The notes under the pieces: model-generated | The model's input: only the letters and a program-made list of their open reading frames with translations | What the model was told of the DNA's origin: nothing | The model's database searches: none | Part shown: piece after piece, positions 60,986-64,000 of the stretch | How positions within the stretch are numbered: the first letter of the stretch is position 1 | Layout: each line of letters begins with the position of its first letter | Origin: Camelus ferus | Taxonomy: Eukaryota | Direction: 5' to 3' | DNA length: 64,000 nucleotides | Assembly: GCF_009834535.1 (NCBI RefSeq) | Contig: NC_045697.1 | Coordinates: forward strand, 102,178,001 to 102,242,000 | Translations under genes and position numbers: made by a program

Positions 60986-61849
60986 AAACCACCCAACTTT
61001 TCCTCACAGCTTATCTCTGATGCTCATTTTCCCTTTCCACCTGAGGATTTTGTTTGCCATCAGTCTGAGGCCCAGGGTGGGGTGAGAAATAAGGGACAAG
61101 GAATATTTGCTCTGACTCACGATGTCGTCTCCAAAATATTTTATCCACTCCGTGAGTCCTTTCCATTCACTGAAAGCCTGAGTGTTTTGAAACTCAAAAG
61201 CCAGAAAGAGGCAAAAAGAACACTCTGCCTTTTGTTGTCACATTCCTACCCTGAGGTAAAAAGTCCTACAGACAAACGGGACAACCGGAAGGGGTGGAGG
61301 ACCAGAGGGGTGAGGGGAATACTGTCAGGGGAAAAAGAACACTTAATACTATTAAATGGAGTTTTCTTTTATATATTTAACATTTAAATGTCATTCCACC
61401 AAACATGCAACAAAACAAAACAAGTACACAAAAAAACCTTGCTCTTCTCTGATAGCTTTGCTATCACTATTCCTGTTTGTACTGGGCTCTTTCTATGGGT
61501 ATTTTTATCTCTCTTTCTTTATTTTTATTTTTAAATTTTCTACAATTTAATTTATTTTGTACATTTTTTCCCATTTAATGGACCCAATATCCTGGACAGA
61601 TTCCAGCAATTTTAAGGTACAGGAACCCCTACCTTTCGAAGTGTATCAGAATCTGTAGTGCAGTCTCTCCTGCCGATCTCATACCGTGTATCATCAAACA
61701 GCTCAGATCTTCATCCTCTTCACGGCTCACAAATGAAATATAAACCTAATTGGGCAAAGTGAGTTATCCAAGAATAAAAATTCTTTGAATTCCCCATAAA
61801 AATTTACTGACAGGCTGAGAACAATCTGTAGAGGCCTCTTAGGACCTTT

Positions 61850-62600
61850 CAAGTCAGGAACAAAAGCCTCTCTAGAGGAATGGAGTGTTAATGTTGATCA
61901 ACACCTGTTGTTAGCAGTTGTGCAGGTATTTAATTCTTGACTTCTGACCTACCCATTGGCCTGTAAGGTGTGTGCTTTATGTCCACGTGTATTTCTGAAT
62001 TGGTCCACTGCAACTGGAGAGTTTGAATTTATGAATCAGTCCCATTCTTGAAACTGGCGTAGCGGGGTGAGGCAAGGGGTTATCTTCCTGGAAGACACTT
62101 GGCTACATGACATAGGGGTGAATTGCTGGGGACAATTACGATTCTGTTGTGGAGGAAGAAGTGGGGAGTTGACGCAGCCAATTATGTTCACTACAGAGGA
62201 AAAATACGGAAAACTTGAAGCATGTGGCCAACAGATCAGTTATCAGTGGCACACACCTCTGAGCCTAATATTAATTTGAGAGATGACTAGGCATTGAGTC
62301 CAAGACTGAAGGAACAAGCATGTTGAGAGTGCTGATTGGATTCTGTACAACACTGGGGGGCAAGTCAACCAGTGTAGACACCAAAGTGGCCAAGGTGTTG
62401 CCTACCAGCTTGTGGAGAATACCAGGAGGAGTGGATTTCCCGATTGTCAGTGTAGACAATACTAGACTTTTAAAGACTGATGCCTGCTAGATCCTGTAGC
62501 AGCAAAGAGGAGAAACGTGTACTTGGTCTTGAAGATGCTGAAGATAGATTCCTATTGCTGTTTGGTGGAAATACACATACATCGATGGCTACACACTTAA
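61850..62600 (-). mobile_element. Possible ERVL/MaLR internal remnant
   Basis: Decayed sequence (cccattggcctgtaag...cagtcccattc...ggggttatcttcc) reminiscent of ERVL-class internal regions; no intact ORF. Confidence 0.3.
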
Positions 62601-64000
62601 ACCTATTTTAGACAGCTTGAACTTCCAAAGAGATTTACAAACAAAGGGGCAAATGGGCTTTGAGAACTTAACATGAGCTTTCCTGTATCTAGGTCACTGT
62701 TCTCCGCTTCAGAGCTGAATGGATCTTTGAAATCTCAGGACCTTTTGGCAAGGATGAAGCACCAGTGTTGAGAGGCTAACATTTGGGAGCCATTTTTCTT
62801 TGGCGCTAGAACAGGAGTTTGAATAAAATCCAGCCTGAGTCAGCCTCTAAACAAGGATGAAATTCAAGTTTACAAAGCTTACTTGCAAGCCTGAAGCAGC
62901 TTATTTATATATTTTTAACATTTGCCTTAAAAAGAAACATTGGTCTATAACTTCATAAAATGCTGAGCTGAATACTCAACAAAAGCAAACTTCAACTCCT
63001 TCAAAACTTGTCCTCCAACCAGGGCAGTGCCGTGGTGACAGTCAGTAAACAGAGCACCGCGCTACAAGGCAGAAACGCTGAGAAGCCTTCCCTGCCTGGG
63101 CATTAAGGAACTTTTGACTTTGGACAAGTCACTTCACTTCTCTAGGTCAGAAAGACACTAACTTATTAGATGAGATGCTTAAGGCATGAAAACATGTTAA
63201 TTGCTATTTTCATCTGAATTTAGGGTTGAGGAATCTGAGTACAGTTAAGCCACTTGTCCCCAGTTAAATACTGAGTCAGTAGGCTAGGAATGGTCTGTGT
63301 GTCCCTTGACTTCTAGGCTGGGAGTCTCTGTTTCTCTTCCGTGCTTTCCAGAATGTAGTGGTAAATCTGACTGTGTCTAATGAAAGGGCTCCCACTGTCA
63401 ATGCCACCCACAGATAAGCGCCTTGGACTCTGTAGCTCCCACCAGATAGTCCTAACATTCAGGAAGGCTTACCCTACAAACCCCACTTCTCTCGGCGTCT
63501 CTGAAGCACAGTCTACAAGCAAGCACAAGACATAAAGCATAATCCCTTGCGATGAACAAATATCTCCTCAAACCCTGAACATGCTCAGAGCAACATCACT
63601 TGGATTAGTGGATTAAATGCATTAGCTAAATGATCTCACTGATTTTGCATTATGTAAGAAGGGAAAACCTCGCAGCGTTGGAAATGTTACTTTGCAAAGC
63701 CAGCTATAGCTTTCTGAAAGAAAGTTTAGAGATAAGAGAGGAGATTGCAGCAGAAAAAAAGCATTTAATCTTTTAGCTATTGGAATGCCTCTAATGCAGT
63801 ATAAGAGACAGCAAGGCAGGTTTTTAATGTACTCAGGCCCAGGGTGATAAAGAAGGGGGGAACTGGCCCACAGACCTATGATTCCCCAGAGTATTTTCCT
63901 TGAGAGAAGTTTATGAAGATGGTCCACTTTCACAGGGCCTTGAAAAATCAATCTCCTGTCCTAAAATACCTTCAGTTATAAAAAGGAGCTCGCACCACAT

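Noticed and set aside
60618..61085. 155-aa ORF (also 31941..32345, 37306..37710, 49418..49825)
   Set aside because: These lie in LTR remnants or unremarkable DNA, with no recognisable domain or exon structure.
28000..64000. Second glycophorin paralog or any prokaryote-like system (CRISPR, operon)
   Set aside because: No further glycophorin-like exons, regular repeat-spacer arrays or gene-dense segments were seen; the region reads as repeat-rich intergenic mammalian DNA.

Overview
Mammalian genomic DNA, probably camelid (two tRNA-derived Vic-1-like SINEs, artiodactyl-type L1 3' ends). The only recognisable gene is a glycophorin A-family gene (GYPA) on the minus strand. It has seven exons: 27754-27661, 24275-24225, 10290-10228, 8285-8250, 6549-6467, 4714-4634 and a terminal exon starting at 1385. 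The promoter carries GATA and E-box motifs. The spliced ORF (312 nt) encodes a 103-aa protein: [103 protein letters not shown]. The gene looks remodelled. A frameshift stop truncates the cytoplasmic tail (predicted to escape NMD) and leaves the conserved LTSVETD-like tail out of frame. The ancestral exon-3 acceptor appears lost, removing 8 codons including an N-F-S sequon. The TM dimer motif reads AxxxG rather than GxxxG. The rest (about 28-64 kb) is gene-free upstream DNA full of L1, L2, MIR, MLT-type LTR and MER repeats, with candidate GATA/TAL1, CTCF and IRF motifs and one diverged local duplication. Almost all ORF-track entries are spurious or L1 ORF2 remnants. Comparisons with human and horse GYPA and repeat family names are from memory, not from alignments I ran.
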